Source: the human T2T-CHM13v2.0 reference genome, Homo sapiens
Strand: one strand, 5' to 3'
NCBI RefSeq assembly: GCF_009914755.1
Contig: NC_060944.1
DNA: 64,000 nucleotides
Part shown: in pieces, positions 1 through 15,966 of the stretch
Position numbering within the stretch: position 1 is the stretch's first letter
How the letters are laid out: the number at the start of each line of letters is the position of its first letter
Translations under genes and position numbers: made by a program
Notes under the pieces: model-generated
What the model was told of the DNA's origin: nothing
Seen by the model: only the letters and a program-made list of their open reading frames with translations
Database searches by the model: none

Positions 1-214
1 ATGGGTAGGGATATAGGTGTGCCTGAGTGTTTGTGCATATATGTCTCTGGAAGGCTACACGAGAAATGGGCCACAGTGGTGGCCTTGTCATGAGACAGAG
101 GGACAACCATGTTCTGACTGAACTTTTTAAAAAACAAATCCTATGTATTACCTACTCAAAACAAAATGTTTTTGATGTGTGGCTTTTTTTAATTAAAAAA
201 CGTTTACTAAGTGC

Positions 215-452
215 TGTGTGATATCCTTGTTTGGATCCTGGGGCAGAAGCAGGACATGTAGAAAAACTGATGCTATCTGAAAAAAGTCTGGAGTTAATAG
301 TGATGTGGCAATGTTGAACTCTTCATTTTGACAAATGTCCCATGGTAATATGTCAGCACTGGGGGAAACTGGGTGGGAGGTACACAGGAGCTCTATCATC
401 TTTGCAGCTTTTCTATAAATCTAAAATTATTCGAGTATAAAAAGTTTATTAA
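215..452 (+). mobile_element. Old L1M (L1MC/MB-like) 3' end fragment
   Basis: Resembles the L1M 3'UTR (...gggaaactgggtg...ctttgcagcttttctataaatctaaaattatt...). Confidence 0.65.
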
Positions 453-566
453 ACTTTTTTTTTTTTTTTTTTTTACTTCAGTGAAACCTGTCAAATTGCA
501 TCTGCAAAATTGTTGTGTCTGAGAAAGTTAAAGCTCACTCCCTTCCCTTTTCTCATCTTGGTTTAG

Positions 567-664
567 GTCGAAGAATTCCATCCACTGACGCCAACCTGCC
601 ATCTGGCGGTAAGGGCTTCAAACTCCGAAGACAGCCTTCAGAGCCAAAGCGGAGCTGCTGCTGA
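567..664 (+). CDS. RAB22A: RAB22A terminal coding exon (Rab GTPase C-terminal hypervariable region)
   Basis: Pyrimidine tract plus TTTAG acceptor at 562-566. The phase-1 exon translates (S)RRIPSTDANLPSGGKGFKLRRQPSEPKRSCC-TGA(662-664), the RAB22A C-terminus with a CC geranylgeranylation motif. Confidence 0.97.
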
Positions 665-878
665 CCGAACCTCAGCCTCTCAGACTTGATGATGAAGTAG
701 GTGGTCCTGAAAGTTAACAGGAGGGCTGGGGTCCCTGCCACCAGTTTTCACCTAGCCAGTCTTGAGTCTTCTCCGTGCAAAAAGGATTCACAGAAATGGA
801 CCAGTTCTGTTCTCCAAAGACTGCAGCAATGATATTTCAGTCTGTGAACTTCTATTATGTAAAGAATCTCTAGTGTAC

Positions 879-1732
879 AAAGGGACTACATCGTTGGCTT
901 TTGACCTTGCTGAAAAGGAACATATAATTGTATGGATGGTAGGATTAAGTTGTTGAGTAGTTTTGTAATCAAGATTTTATGTAACATTTGTAAAGGGAAA
1001 ATTAGCACTTTTGTGGTTCTTAAGGGAAAAGAAACAGACCTTGTGGAGATTATAATTTCCTTGGTTTCTGTTACCACTGTTAGAGGGAGTTGTATCATTT
1101 AACATATAGTAGGATAGTTTAAGTGTAGGGAGGACAATTATTGTCTGAAGCTAAAATGGGTTATTTATAGGACTGATGGAAATGATTTCATCTCTGCCAT
1201 CTCTAAAGCACTTTTCATTGAACATGTTAGCCTAGGATACGTACAGTAAATTAACAATGATAGCAGCAGATGCCTAGCTCATCCTGGGTTTGCTTCTGAC
1301 CTTGTCATGTGTGTGCCACCAAACACGTTATTGGCACCTTTTTAAATAAGCTCTCATGATCAAGATGGTGATGGTAGAGAAGCTGCCCGGAATAAACTGA
1401 ATTTCATATGTTCTAAAATGACTAGCAATGGTTTAAAAAGGAAGAAGAGTGGAAGTGAAGAAGGTGGTATAAATGCTGTCAATTTTTTTTTAACCCAAGT
1501 ATTTTGGTGGGGAAAAGCAAGTATCTATTGCTTAGCATATGTAAAGTTGTAGTCTATATTTATGGGGCCATTGCTTAAAGATTATAAATTATGTAAATAC
1601 ATTAATAAATTCTAAGTTTCATTTGACATTCCATTGAATCTCGCACCCAGTCTTGCGTATGCCTGCCCAGTTTTCAGCCTCTTAACGGGAGACTCAAGCA
1701 CATTGGTATTGTATAAAGGTATAGAGCACTTA
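879..1732 (+). promoter_or_regulatory. miRNA seed-match cluster (miR-204/211; miR-302/372/373/520 and miR-17 families)
   Basis: AAAGGGA 879-885, AAAGGGAA 992-999, AAGGGAA 1022-1028; AGCACTTT 1004-1011 and 1207-1214, AGCACTTA 1725-1732. Confidence 0.7.
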
Positions 1733-2076
1733 GCTTACAATCTTTAAAGGTTTCTCTGCCTTCCCTTCTACCCACCCGCCTCCCACCAGATCCCATCTGG
1801 AAATCATAATAAAGACATATGCCACTTTGACAAACCTGACTAGTCCTTACTAGCCTGAGGGTAAAAGATTAAGCTCCAACCTCAAGTCATTTACCTGGTC
1901 TTGGTAATAAGTTTCTTTTAGCTTGTACAGCATCCTCAGACCAACTGAGGAGCTTTCCTTGTTAACAATTTAGCTTATCTTTCTGTTTCCTTTATTTTTC
2001 CCCTGCCTCTGTTAGTGGTTAACACTCTTTTCCCTCAGGGAGCCTAATGAGGTTTTTAATATCATCTAAAAATAAA
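1391..2076 (+). terminator. Candidate proximal poly(A) signals
   Basis: AATAAA at 1391, 1604, 1808 and 2071; a further one at 7797 overlaps TGTA. Confidence 0.45.
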
Positions 2077-5000
2077 GCATTGAAGTGAAGTTGGTGAAAA
2101 TTTGTTCCTGGTCTAATTTGGCACCCTTCCAACCTGAGTATTGTAGGGGAAGGAAATTTACAAGATTTAATAGGAAATGAAACAGCTTGAATTTCAAACT
2201 AAATTGTATTTTCAGAGCTATCCTGAAACTGAACAGCTGAAACTTTAAAAAATAATTGGTATTATTTTGTGCCCCCCACTTAATATGGATAGATTTTAAT
2301 GGGAAAATTATAATTCAGATTAAATAAAAAACAATTCCCTTTTCCCTGTTGTATATCTTAAGCATTTGGAATTTTTTTTATCTTCTGAAATCATATAAAA
2401 AGAATGTCATTAGTAAAAATTCTAACTTCGTTTTGTTTAAAAGACATGTGGATGCTCCATGCCCCTAGGATTTTGCTTCCTCCCCGGTGCTAAATTAGCA
2501 AGCTCCTAGAGAAGCCATGTGATTCCCAGAGCCAGGCGCTTTACACCTAAAGTAGTTTGACTTTCTTCTGTATACATCCAGATGGATCCCAGGCATCCGG
2601 GCACCACCCTGGTGTGTCCCTAGAATTCCCACTGCTGGGCCTCTATCTCCACGACAACAAAATAAAAACAGAGGTTGCTTGACTCATTACCAAAGAGGCA
2701 AAGCATGTGCGACCCTTTCTGTCTTATTTTACCAAAAGATGGTGCAAATCTATGACCTTCACATTTTTTCCACCAAACCCACCAGTAGCTGTTGGTGATT
2801 GCATGGTGTCTCGGTGCATGGGGAAAGGCAAGGTCTTCTGAGCTCATCTTAACTGGTGAGGCATCTGGATGTGTCTGATCTTACTGTGATGTTTTACTGT
2901 ACCGAGCCCAATGTGGGTCCATCTCATCAGCCCTTTGCTGATTTCATGATTTCTCACCCTCCCTCCCATATGTAGGGTGTGATTCTGTTTTATTATAGCC
3001 ACATGTTTTATTAACAGAATGAGTGATATGAAGCTTGTACTTATGCATTTCTCGGGCCTCTTCCCTCATTTTCATCAGTCTGTCTAAGAACTTGACTCGG
3101 CACTGTTTCTCGTGTAATATCCTTCTAATGCTTAGCAACAACAACAAGAAATTGCTCTCTCAGATCCATAATCCATACTCAGTGAAAGCAGGGAAAAAAT
3201 ATTTTCACTTATTTTATTTGCTTCTAAAATGCAAAGATGAATACTAAAGTCAGAAGCAGTGTTTCATTTTGAACACATTTTGGATTATTAAGCTGACTAA
3301 GCAATGATCTAATACACATTTCATATTTTCTTTATAATAATTTCTTATGGAGAAGAGGCTATATTTCAAAGGAATTGAGACATACTCCCATCTATAAACA
3401 TGTTTGGTTTTCTTACGATACAGGGCCATTTTTTTAAAACTCTCAGGACTGAACAGAAGAGAAAAATTATTAATTAGCTGCTACTGTATGTTGATTCTTT
3501 TCGGAGAAATTGAAATAAGCTCTTTGCAGGCGTCCAATCCTAGAAACCAATGGTCTCCAGAACTCTCACACAAGTGTTTTTCTGATTCTATGATAACTAA
3601 TTAACCATCATCTGGTGATTAAAAGAACATAAAGTAAGATTATGATTAAGTGTCCATCACCTGCCTGTCAGCCGTGGTCAGAATAAGTTTTACACGAAGC
3701 AGGTGAAAGATTTAGTTCTTTTCAAAGTAACTTATTTTCTTGTGACCCGTTTATGATGTTGTTTGAAGTCCTTGTTTCCCATTGTGTACGCACTTTCTGG
3801 ATGTCTGGAAGGATCGGGACTTTTGTGTGAGAGGCTTGAGCGCCTCCTCTATGTGGGCTGGTGTCCTTCTTGAAGTTGTCAATTCCTCTTATTCTTAAAT
3901 ATCTAAAGGGAAAGGAAACCAACTTTAATTTCAGAACGTCTCTTTACGTCTTGTATGTATTTCTTTTCTGTTCTCAAGGAGGAAAATTGGTCTAGGAAGC
4001 CTTCTAAATTAAACTCTGGGAAATATAGTAATGAAAATATCCTTTAGCTAACTTTCCTGTAACTGTCAAACCAAAATGTCAGTATTTTTAGGGCATTGTG
4101 TTAAAATAAGCAGTTTAGATTCCGACGACACTGCACTAATTGGCATGTCAGCCTCCAGCTCAGAAAGGCATTTGCTCATGGTTACAGGCATCTTTTAGAT
4201 TCTAAGAGTGAGTTACAGAATTCTTTTTGGTACTTTCACTTATTCTTTCAGAATACATCAAGGATGTGATTTATGGGCCCTTAAGAGTATAAGATATAGG
4301 TGCACAGTATGTTACTTAAGTAACGGATGAGCCCCCCTAAACATCCACGTGTCTCTGCAGGAACCTGTGTAAGTATTGTGAAAACCCTTTTCTTCCAGGG
4401 AAAAATTATTGGAAATTCCTTAACTGAGCTATACTTGGTACTTGCTCTAGAACATTTGGGAAATGACAAACTCAGGCTGGCTCTCCTCTCTAACCTCACT
4501 GGGCTATAAATGTTCCTTCTAACTCTGTAATGAAAGTTCAGTGACAAACTAGATAGTGAACCTGTGAAAGTCATTATTTACATTTGCTTTAAAGGGACAG
4601 TTTTACCGTTCAACTTCAAGAGTTTTTCTACCTCTTTAACAGTTAATATTTTTTAAAGGAAGAAATGGAATGTACCTTCAGGGGTCAAGCTGTTAACTGT
4701 ATACCTGCCTCTAGTTAGCTTGGTTTATCAAAAGGATTTTTAAATGATTCAAGGTAATGTTTAGGATATTTGTTTTAACTCCTGCTGTGCTGTGATTTAA
4801 AAAAAAATAGTCTAAGAAACAAATTTATCCATGAGATAAACATCATATTTTATAGTTTTAGAAAAAAGGGTTGGGGGTGGAATTTAGCCTAGAACTTAAA
4901 GAAACAACCTCTGCGAATTTCTCTTGACAGCGGAGTTGCTTGTCTTGACTTCTAATAATATAAATCCAGGCAGTTTGATTATCCGATTTGCAAGAAACTT

Positions 5001-5690
5001 TAATGGAATTCTGGGGCATTTGTCCTGTTTTATGTGCAAATGAAAGTCTAAAAAATATGAGGAAGATATTACATTTTTCAGGAGCCTCCATTTTTTCAGT
5101 CTAAGAGAATGATAAGTGAGAGGCCTATTGTGATGAAGTTGCATTGGACATAATGTGGGAAGTGAATAAATAGAACCAAGAATCTTCATCTATCTCTGTT
5201 GGTCTTTCAGGATTCTCTTAGCATATAGGAAAATGATTTACCTTCCAGATCTCGAAGGACTTCCAATAGCATAGATCAGGTTTAATTTGATGGTCTATAC
5301 CATCAGAAATAACTAATATCTGTTTTCTTTCCTTTTAGAGTATAATCAATTATGGATAGGCCAGAATATTTTTGGCTTCAAAACAAAAGGATTCATAAGC
5401 TTAAAAAAACAAAAATCCCAAACCTTCCATCTATCCCTTTTATTACGTTGAACATTTTAGATAGTAAGATTAAGATGTATCATTAGTATATGGTGAAATT
5501 AAAACCGTGGTGTCTAACAGATTTAACAAAAAGTGTTTAATTTACTGCAAGTTCATTTTTAGATCTGTATGGTGCCCAGTACTCCACAAAATGCATCATA
5601 ATTGAAACAACAAAATTATTTTCATGAGCAAGAATTCAAGTATCAAGGCCTATCAGCCAATTAAAAGCCGTAAGATAGTAATGATTTTTT

Positions 5691-5995
5691 TTCTTTTTTT
5701 TTTTTTTTCTTTTTTTAGATGGAGTCTCACTCTGTCGCCCAGGCTGGTATGCAGTGGCGCGATCTCAGCTCACTGCAACCTGTCTCCTGGGTTCAAGCAG
5801 TTCTCCTGCCTCAGCCTCCTGAGTAGCTGGGATGACAGGCGTGCACCACCATACCCAGCTAATTTTTGTATTTTTAGTAGAGATGGGGTTTCACCATGTT
5901 TGCCAGGCTGGTCTCGAACTCCTGACCTCAGGTGATCTGCTTGCCTCGGCTTCGCAACATTCTGGGATTACAGACGTGAGCCACCGCGCCCAACC
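5691..5995 (-). mobile_element. AluS, antisense, inside RAB22A 3'UTR
   Basis: Full Alu with poly(T). TSD AGTAA(T/C)GATTTTTT at 5677 and 5996. Confidence 0.95.
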
Positions 5996-6599
5996 AGTAA
6001 CGATTTTTTTAAAGGGCCTTTCTTAATTGACAGTTTTAAGCTGTAGACATTAATATTCTAACAAACAAAACATGCCAGTTTTACTGATTCCGCTTTTTGC
6101 TTGATTCAGGAACTTTTCATTGTTTGGGGAAGCTTTTGAATGCAGTACTGTGGAGGAAATCATCCTTAAAATAGCATTTCACACATAGGGCCAAAATTGA
6201 AATTGTCAAGGAAACCCCTCAGCATCTAACGTCATCTTGTAGAAGAGCTGGGCATACCTCTTCCTCTAGGCCAATTCAGAGGCCACTGGCCACCCAAGTA
6301 GAGTGGGGCCCACTGGCATGAGTAGTCCCTGTGCCCATGCCCATGGTGGTGCTTGACTTTGCTTTGGGGCTTAATCCTAGTATCATTTGGCCATTAATTT
6401 TTAATTAAGTTTATACTTGAATAATCAGTTTTACTCCTGAAAAATTTTGAAGCCAGCACTGACTTTGTTTATATTCACTTACCTTGTATATGAACTTATG
6501 ACATTAGAGTTTGTGAAACTGTCTTAACGTGGCTCATACACGTGATGTCAGAGGGACTGGTCAGTTCTTTACAGGGTGAATTAATCGGCAGCTGGCTAG

Positions 6600-6908
<309 letters not shown>

Positions 6909-7289
6909 TGGTGGCCCTATTTTTAAACCATTCGTTACGCTGTGTAGACAGAGCTTTATTGCCCTGGAAAAGATTTTTTTTTTAACTCTCATGCAGTTCA
7001 GTCTTTCCATCATTTCACTTTGTGAGTCACTCACATAATTGTCAATCATTCCTCTGACCTTCTTAAGAATTTACACCTTACCGTCTCTGTGATTGAAGCA
7101 GACTTCTCGCTTTATTTCCCTTAGGCTCATTTTTCTGTGGGCTCTCCCTTAAAGACACATGGCCACAGACACCTCCTTCGCATATGTAATATGCCTTCCC
7201 CTGCGGCCTTCCGTGGTCACAGCAACAGGGACTGCTCACCCCCTCCAGCTGGGGCTTTTCTAACAAGCACAGTCAGAAATGCGCAGGCC

Positions 7290-7587
7290 TGGGGTTGGGG
7301 ATGAACAGAAGTTGATTAGTGGGCACAGAAATACAGTTAGATAGAAGGAATAGTTCCAGCATTCGATATTACAGTAGGGAGACTGCATTTAACAATAATT
7401 GATTGTATATTTGAAAACAGCTAGAAGAATAAGAATATTCCCAACACAAAGAAAAGATAAGCGAGGTGAAGGAAATCCCAGTTACCCTCATTCAGTCCAT
7501 TACACATTCGATACAGGTATCAAAATATCATAGGCACCTCAAAGACATGTACAACTCTTAATTTAACATTTTTGAAAGAAAAAAAAA
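7290..7587 (+). mobile_element. L1MA-type 3' end fragment in the 3'UTR
   Basis: ...aatacagttagatagaaggaata...cccaacacaaagaaaagataa... ending in an A-rich tail. Confidence 0.75.
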
Positions 7588-8416
7588 CCGGCCAGAGCAT
7601 TAAAACAAATAAAATAAGAAACACAGAGGCCAGTGTTAGGTGAAGAACTCCGCTGCTTCAGAAAGAGAATAGCAGCGCTCGCTTACCGTGGGAACACGGC
7701 CAGTTAACAAAATGGGTTTTGGTTTTTTGTTTTGTTTTGTTTTACCATTGGTAATAAGATAGTTAACATAAGTGGTCAGAACTTCGCTGAATTTGTAATA
7801 AAGCATTTGTTAAGCGTGTAAAAGTCCAAATTAAAAGTCTTGAAGAAAAACAGCTATGGCAATGAGCCTAGACATTTTTCAAAAAAAAAAGCTAAGCCGT
7901 CCTACCAGCAATCTCTCTTTCTCCTAAGAATGTCATGCCTTCTCAAGACCTGATGAAAGGAATAAGATATTTGTGCCTTTTTATAATAGCATCTATTACG
8001 AAAGTAAAATTCAGTTGCTTACAGTTTTGGCCGCTTTGTAGCACTATTATAAACAGCCCAAATTTATGGCCTTGGACTTACTGCATGACACATGGCCTGG
8101 TTACCTGTCATGGAATGCTGCAGTGGTGGTTTGCCAAGCTTCTGTGGATGTTTGAAGACTTTATTTTTGCAGTCTTAACCTTGGGCTGGACCTAAGTGTA
8201 TGTAAACCATATGATGTCTGTATTGTTTATAGATGCTGACAAAAGAAAACTAGACCTTTTGTTTTTTGTTGTAAGATTTTTGTTTTCATGCCTATGCTCA
8301 TAGTAGATAGTTTGCAAATGAAAGTTGATTTGCCATACTTTTAAATAATATTGTTTTAGCTTGAATATTCTATAATACACTTTTATAGAGTATAACATGC
8401 TAAATCACTGTTTTGT

Positions 8417-8500
8417 TGTAAGAAAGGTGTAAACATTTTGTTAATAAAATGCTATGTTTACGAATATATATTTGCCTCCCAAATGGTTTCTCTTTGTGAT
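8417..8500 (+). terminator. Distal polyadenylation signal of RAB22A
   Basis: AATAAA at 8443-8448, upstream TGTA motifs (~8417, ~8428) and a downstream T/GT-rich element (~8487-8499). Confidence 0.7.
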
Positions 8501-9349
8501 ATTACTCATCATATGTTCTTCTTAACCAAATACTCTGAAGTCATTTTTAAATGACCTTTGGATACTGAAGTACCAGAATTTTGACAGCTGTAGTGTCTGG
8601 TGAGCAGCAAGTTATTTGTACCAAGGTATCTGAAGCTTCCCAGCTTCCCATATCCTTATCTTATACAACTCCTCCCTCTCCTTGCTCTTCAGTAGTTAAG
8701 ATGGGGGTTCTAGAAGCAGGTCAGCAAGGCCACCAGTGAGCACTTAGAGGGAAGTTTGCTGCCCCTGGAAGAAAGGAACGGTGCAGTGCCCTAGATTGTG
8801 GAAGAAAAGGTCTTCCCTCATCTTCCATTATTATGGGGATTTCATCAAAGATGCTAGTCTTTCCATCCCAGTGTTGACTTGAACCCTGCACCCCCAGTAC
8901 TCTTCATTGCCAGCAGAAGCACTGGCTCACACACACCCGTGCTCTCTTTGCTGTTCCTCTTAGGTAGAAGCACATTTGCCTGTACAGTGTAGGTGTGCCA
9001 AAGAGTACCTACAAGTTCAAGTGAGGGAACCAGAGAGAGCAGAGAGGGCTTGAGACAAACAGGCTTGGATTTGAGTCTCATCAGAGCATCTTTCCAAGCT
9101 ATGTGGCCCTAGACAAGGCCCTTAACCTCTCTGACCTGTGTTTCTTTTATCTTCACAAAGGGAAGGTAATAAGAGCTTATCCCATGTGGCTGTTCGGGTG
9201 GGATGCCTGTAGCTGTCGTTTAACACGGCATTAACAAAGCACAAACATCTCACAGGGTTTATTTCTGTAAGCCATCTCCCTGATAATCACTTTCTGATTC
9301 AGTTAAAATAACTTTGCTATAAGTCTGCTGGTTTGCTGTTTTGTTTTTT

Positions 9350-10280
<931 letters not shown>

Positions 10281-10426
10281 AAGTCTGGAGATCTGCAGTC
10301 CAAGCTGTTAACAGAACTTACCTCTGAGAAGAGAGGCTTGGCCCACAGAACTGTCACCTGGTTTTCACTTTCTCCTGTATATGTACTTCTGTACTTTTAA
10401 AATTTTTACCCTGAGTATGTGTGGAA

Positions 10427-10731
<305 letters not shown>

Positions 10732-11164
10732 TGGATTTTTTCTTATTAGAAAAAAAAAAATCAGGAACTCTCACACTCTAATCCTGTCTTCAAATCCTTA
10801 GTGAAAATTGGCTCAATACATACACTGAAGTTGAATTTGTCTTATTTTTCTCCTTTTAAACACACACACACACCCTATTCAATTTGGTCAGTAAAAACCT
10901 TAGAGCCAGATTTGGGGCAAGTGTGCAAAACTTTATAGCACCGCTTCATTTCATTCTGAAATTTAATACATATCTTTTCAAGCTGCCCTAAATCCTCTTG
11001 GACAATAGGGGATAGAGGGAGCATAAATAATACCCGTTAAGAAGGAGAATATGCAGGTGCCTCTCACTTGGGGAAAAAAGAGGAGAATATTAGTCTACAC
11101 CCTGTCAAGATAGTACTATGGCAGAAGCCAGTCCCATTTGTTGTTGCCAAGAAAAAGGGAATCA

Positions 11165-11480
<316 letters not shown>

Positions 11481-12677
11481 TCACTACACCAAAAAGGAAG
11501 ACACAAATTAGCACACACCCAAAACAAACAGGGATGTTTTAAATGCTTACACAAAACAGCCTTGCTTTATTTTTCCACAAGCATCTAGCTGCTTGCCTTG
11601 GAGCGTATAAGAACTAAATTATGGACCTAGATTTCTAAGTAACTTCAAAGTTTACTGCAGATTTTTTTTTCCATTAGAATTTAAGAAGCAGATTTCCATT
11701 GAGATGGTAAACTATAAAACACAGAGCCTTTTAAATCTGTCAGTTGTTTGGCTTATAATAATACTGGCCAAAAACATGATTCTCCACTAAAAATGTCAGT
11801 GTTGGTTGGGAAGCCAAGCATCATCAGCCTTCTAAAATTTACCCACCAGGAGTATTACTGCTTTTCATTATAACACCAGTGGAGCTTGTAAGAGAGAAGA
11901 AGGGAAAAAAGAAAGCTTTCACCTAGCACCTGGTCAAAATGAATCACTTTGTTAATTATGATCTTAATCAGACCTCTATTTGCTTATTTTTTAAATTTTA
12001 AACACAACTTTTCAGCATCTTCCAAGAAACAATTTAAAAATCCAGAGACCACATTTTGAGAAATGTGCTTGAAGATAACAGAACCTCAGATACTGCTGTT
12101 AGAGGGGTGGGAACAGACCAAGGGGGTCAGACTTCTGTTTATTAATATTCAGCCCAGAATGAAACTTCAGGCCTCTTTTAAATAAAATATATGGAAAATA
12201 TAAGGGGAAAGCTACAAGGTTCCACTCCGTTAGAAAAAGGGCATTTTTAAGAAGAAAATTGTGGGGTTGTGAATGTAAATTAGAGGCTAATGTACAGCGT
12301 TAGGGCGTGGAATATGCTCCAGTGGTATACTATCATCAACATTAAAATTGCCATCAGCCGCTCAAGTGATAAGGTCAAGTCATATCTAGTTTGCATATAA
12401 ACGAGAATACACAACAGTTAAAACACACACACACAAACAAACATGACAACAGACTGGGCTGGGTGACGTGGAAGCTCTCTGCCAGCTGGGCAGTTTGCGA
12501 CCTGAGTCAGTCCTTAATATCCAGGCCCTCGAATCATGAACTATCCCACCAAGAATGTTTTGCATGCTTAAATGTATTTTTATATTTCCTATTTCCAAGA
12601 TGATAAACCCCTTATTAGAGAATTGAGATCCCTGTGGGTTTCTTTCCCTGTTCTTAAATTACTTCTAAAGGTAATAG

Positions 12678-13015
<338 letters not shown>

Positions 13016-14422
13016 TCAAGTGGCAGTTTTTATAAGCCACCTGTGAACCACCTTGTGGGTGCTGAAAGGACAGCAAGTTTTGAAGCCTCTTACAGTACAT
13101 GTATGCAGATGATTATTGTGTATATCAAAGTCTCCCCCCAAAAAAACAGCCACCTGATGGAAGGAAGAACCCAGCCAACGTGGAAAAGAAAAAAAAAGAA
13201 AACTTTACAAGCTCTTCAGCATTCGCTGGAGTGGAGGGATGTGCAAGTTTAAGTTTAAATCCAGAAATTGTGAAGAGAACATTTCAAGAAGTGGAATAAA
13301 ATTGGACTTACTTGGGATGGTCTCTAGAATGTATGACGGTGGGGTTATTTATTAAAAGGGGCTTCAAGGCCAGATGGAAGACATTCCTCGGTCTTTTGCT
13401 GAGTCAGTGAATGTACTTAAACTTTGCCTACCCTCTTCTGTGAGTTGGTGTGTGATTTTACATTGCTAAAGGATAACGTTGCAAACTTTATGAGGCTACT
13501 GTGAATAGCTAATGAGGGCAAGCAGTCGGGCTATATAAATCAATATTATTAATTGCACCAATAATAAACATACAAATTCCATTATTAGCCTTAGCATACA
13601 ACTGCTTGTTACAAAACCATGTACATTTTAGTGCCTGCTTTTTTTTGCCATGGGTCCATTAGGGAATTCTTTATTGTTTTTATATTAAAGCCTAAAAAAT
13701 ATAAAAGCTTGTCTTTATTTTTCATAATGCCGTCATTTCAAAATAGTACACCCACGCATGCATGCATGTACACATATAAACACGAAACGAAGAAAAGAAA
13801 AATGACTTAAGTTGCAAAGTAAAATGAGAAAAAGACAAAAGGTTCCTTGTAGCCCCAGCTGCAGGAGAATAATAGGTTCAAAGGGGTTTTACCGAGAGAA
13901 ATGATGCTCAGAGCAGGGAGCAGAGAGGCTGGGAAGGAACGCAAGGACAGCTGAGGAGGCAGGCGGGGCGCCCTGGAGACGTTGCAGAGAGCACAGCAGC
14001 TGCTGAGGCCAGGCAAAGGTTGCATTCCTGCCCTCCCAGGTACCTGCTTTCAAAGGCTGAGCCATCCTCATTTATTATTTGTTTTGTCAAACATTAAAAC
14101 ATTCCTGCCACTGCAAAGTCCTACGTCTTAGACTCCCAGGAATAAATAAATGAAAATCCAGGACACGGTTTCAGGACTCCTACCACGTGCCATGCACTAT
14201 CACAAGACAAATAAATCAGGACCCCAGTAGGGAATTAATTAATCTTCCAAGAAATGAAGAAATGGGGAGATGGTTCTTTGGGTGATACCTTTCCCACAGG
14301 AAGAAATAACAGAAGGTATTTATGACATTTTTCTTTTCCTAGTTGCTGCAAATTAAGAATCACAGGCTTTTACTTAAAAACATGTAAATATTGGAGGAGA
14401 GGGGATGTCTTCACAGAGTTCA

Positions 14423-14810
<388 letters not shown>

Positions 14811-15966
14811 TTACCAACCCCAACTACATGATGAACTTACTTCCTTCACCAAGTACCCAAAGACAGACAAACCCAGCTGCAACAACAGCCTCAGAGAACA
14901 CAAGAGCTCCCAGGCTCACACATCACACGACCCCCAGATTCTGACATAAGACATAGATTTAGGGACCTCGTTGAAATCCCTGGTGATGTGAGACCCCACG
15001 AGTGTGCCATCCTTGTGATAAGAGCTAACATCACTGCAGCAAGAACTTTACTTGCATCCGTTCACTGAGTCCTCCCCAGATCCAAGAGGCAGGAACTTCC
15101 ATTATCCCCACCGTACAGATGAGGAAGTGGCCGAGGCTCAGACAGCGAGGAAGAGATAATCAGCCAGAAGCTGGCCTGGCCCTCGCAGCTGGCCTTGGTA
15201 TACTCTCTCCTGTTGAAGAGACACTGACATCAACACAAGGCCACAATTTCACAAGACAATTTCGGCAATGTCACAGGACACTGACCTCACACAAGGCCAC
15301 TCTGACCATGATGGGTCAAAACATAAACAAGACTTCTCCGTCACTCTAGTCCTTGTGGATGCAATCACAGTATGACCCCAAGTCTTGTTCCCGACAGCAC
15401 CTAACCAAGAGCAAAGCTCACTTCCTGGACCCCTGCCCTGAAATCACCAATATTATCCCCAATCCCCGAGTCTCTTCTGACCCCTCTTAGGGAACTGCTT
15501 CACACTCCCAAAGCGCCCAGGCGGCACTTTGAACTTATTCCCCCACACATGTGTCCTGGGGGTCTTTGTCTGCAAGGCATTGCCAGCAGCCTAAGGCCAC
15601 ACATCTGCTGAGTCACAGCGCTGCGAAGGGCAGGTTGGGACCCAGGCCATCGGTCTACAGAGCCCATGATTTCCCTACTGCCTGATCTGCACAGGGAGCG
15701 GTCATAGCAAAGACACATTCCTTTCTCAGCACAAAATGGCAGGGCCTGCTGCGAGCATTTGGATTTCAGGAGAGCGCTGCAGGTACTTTACCTATTGCAG
15801 TTACTCTTGTTTGGGGTTTTCCCCTAGATACAAAAGCAAAGTTGTGACAGTCACTTGATAATCTATGGCTCTAAGCATTCCTGGGAGTGGGGAGCAGAAA
15901 AATGAAAATGGAGAAACTGAAACTTACAATGCCATGCCACGGTCTCCCCTGCCCTCCCACATTATA

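Noticed and set aside
553-741. Minus-strand 62 aa ORF
   Set aside because: Antisense shadow of the RAB22A last exon.
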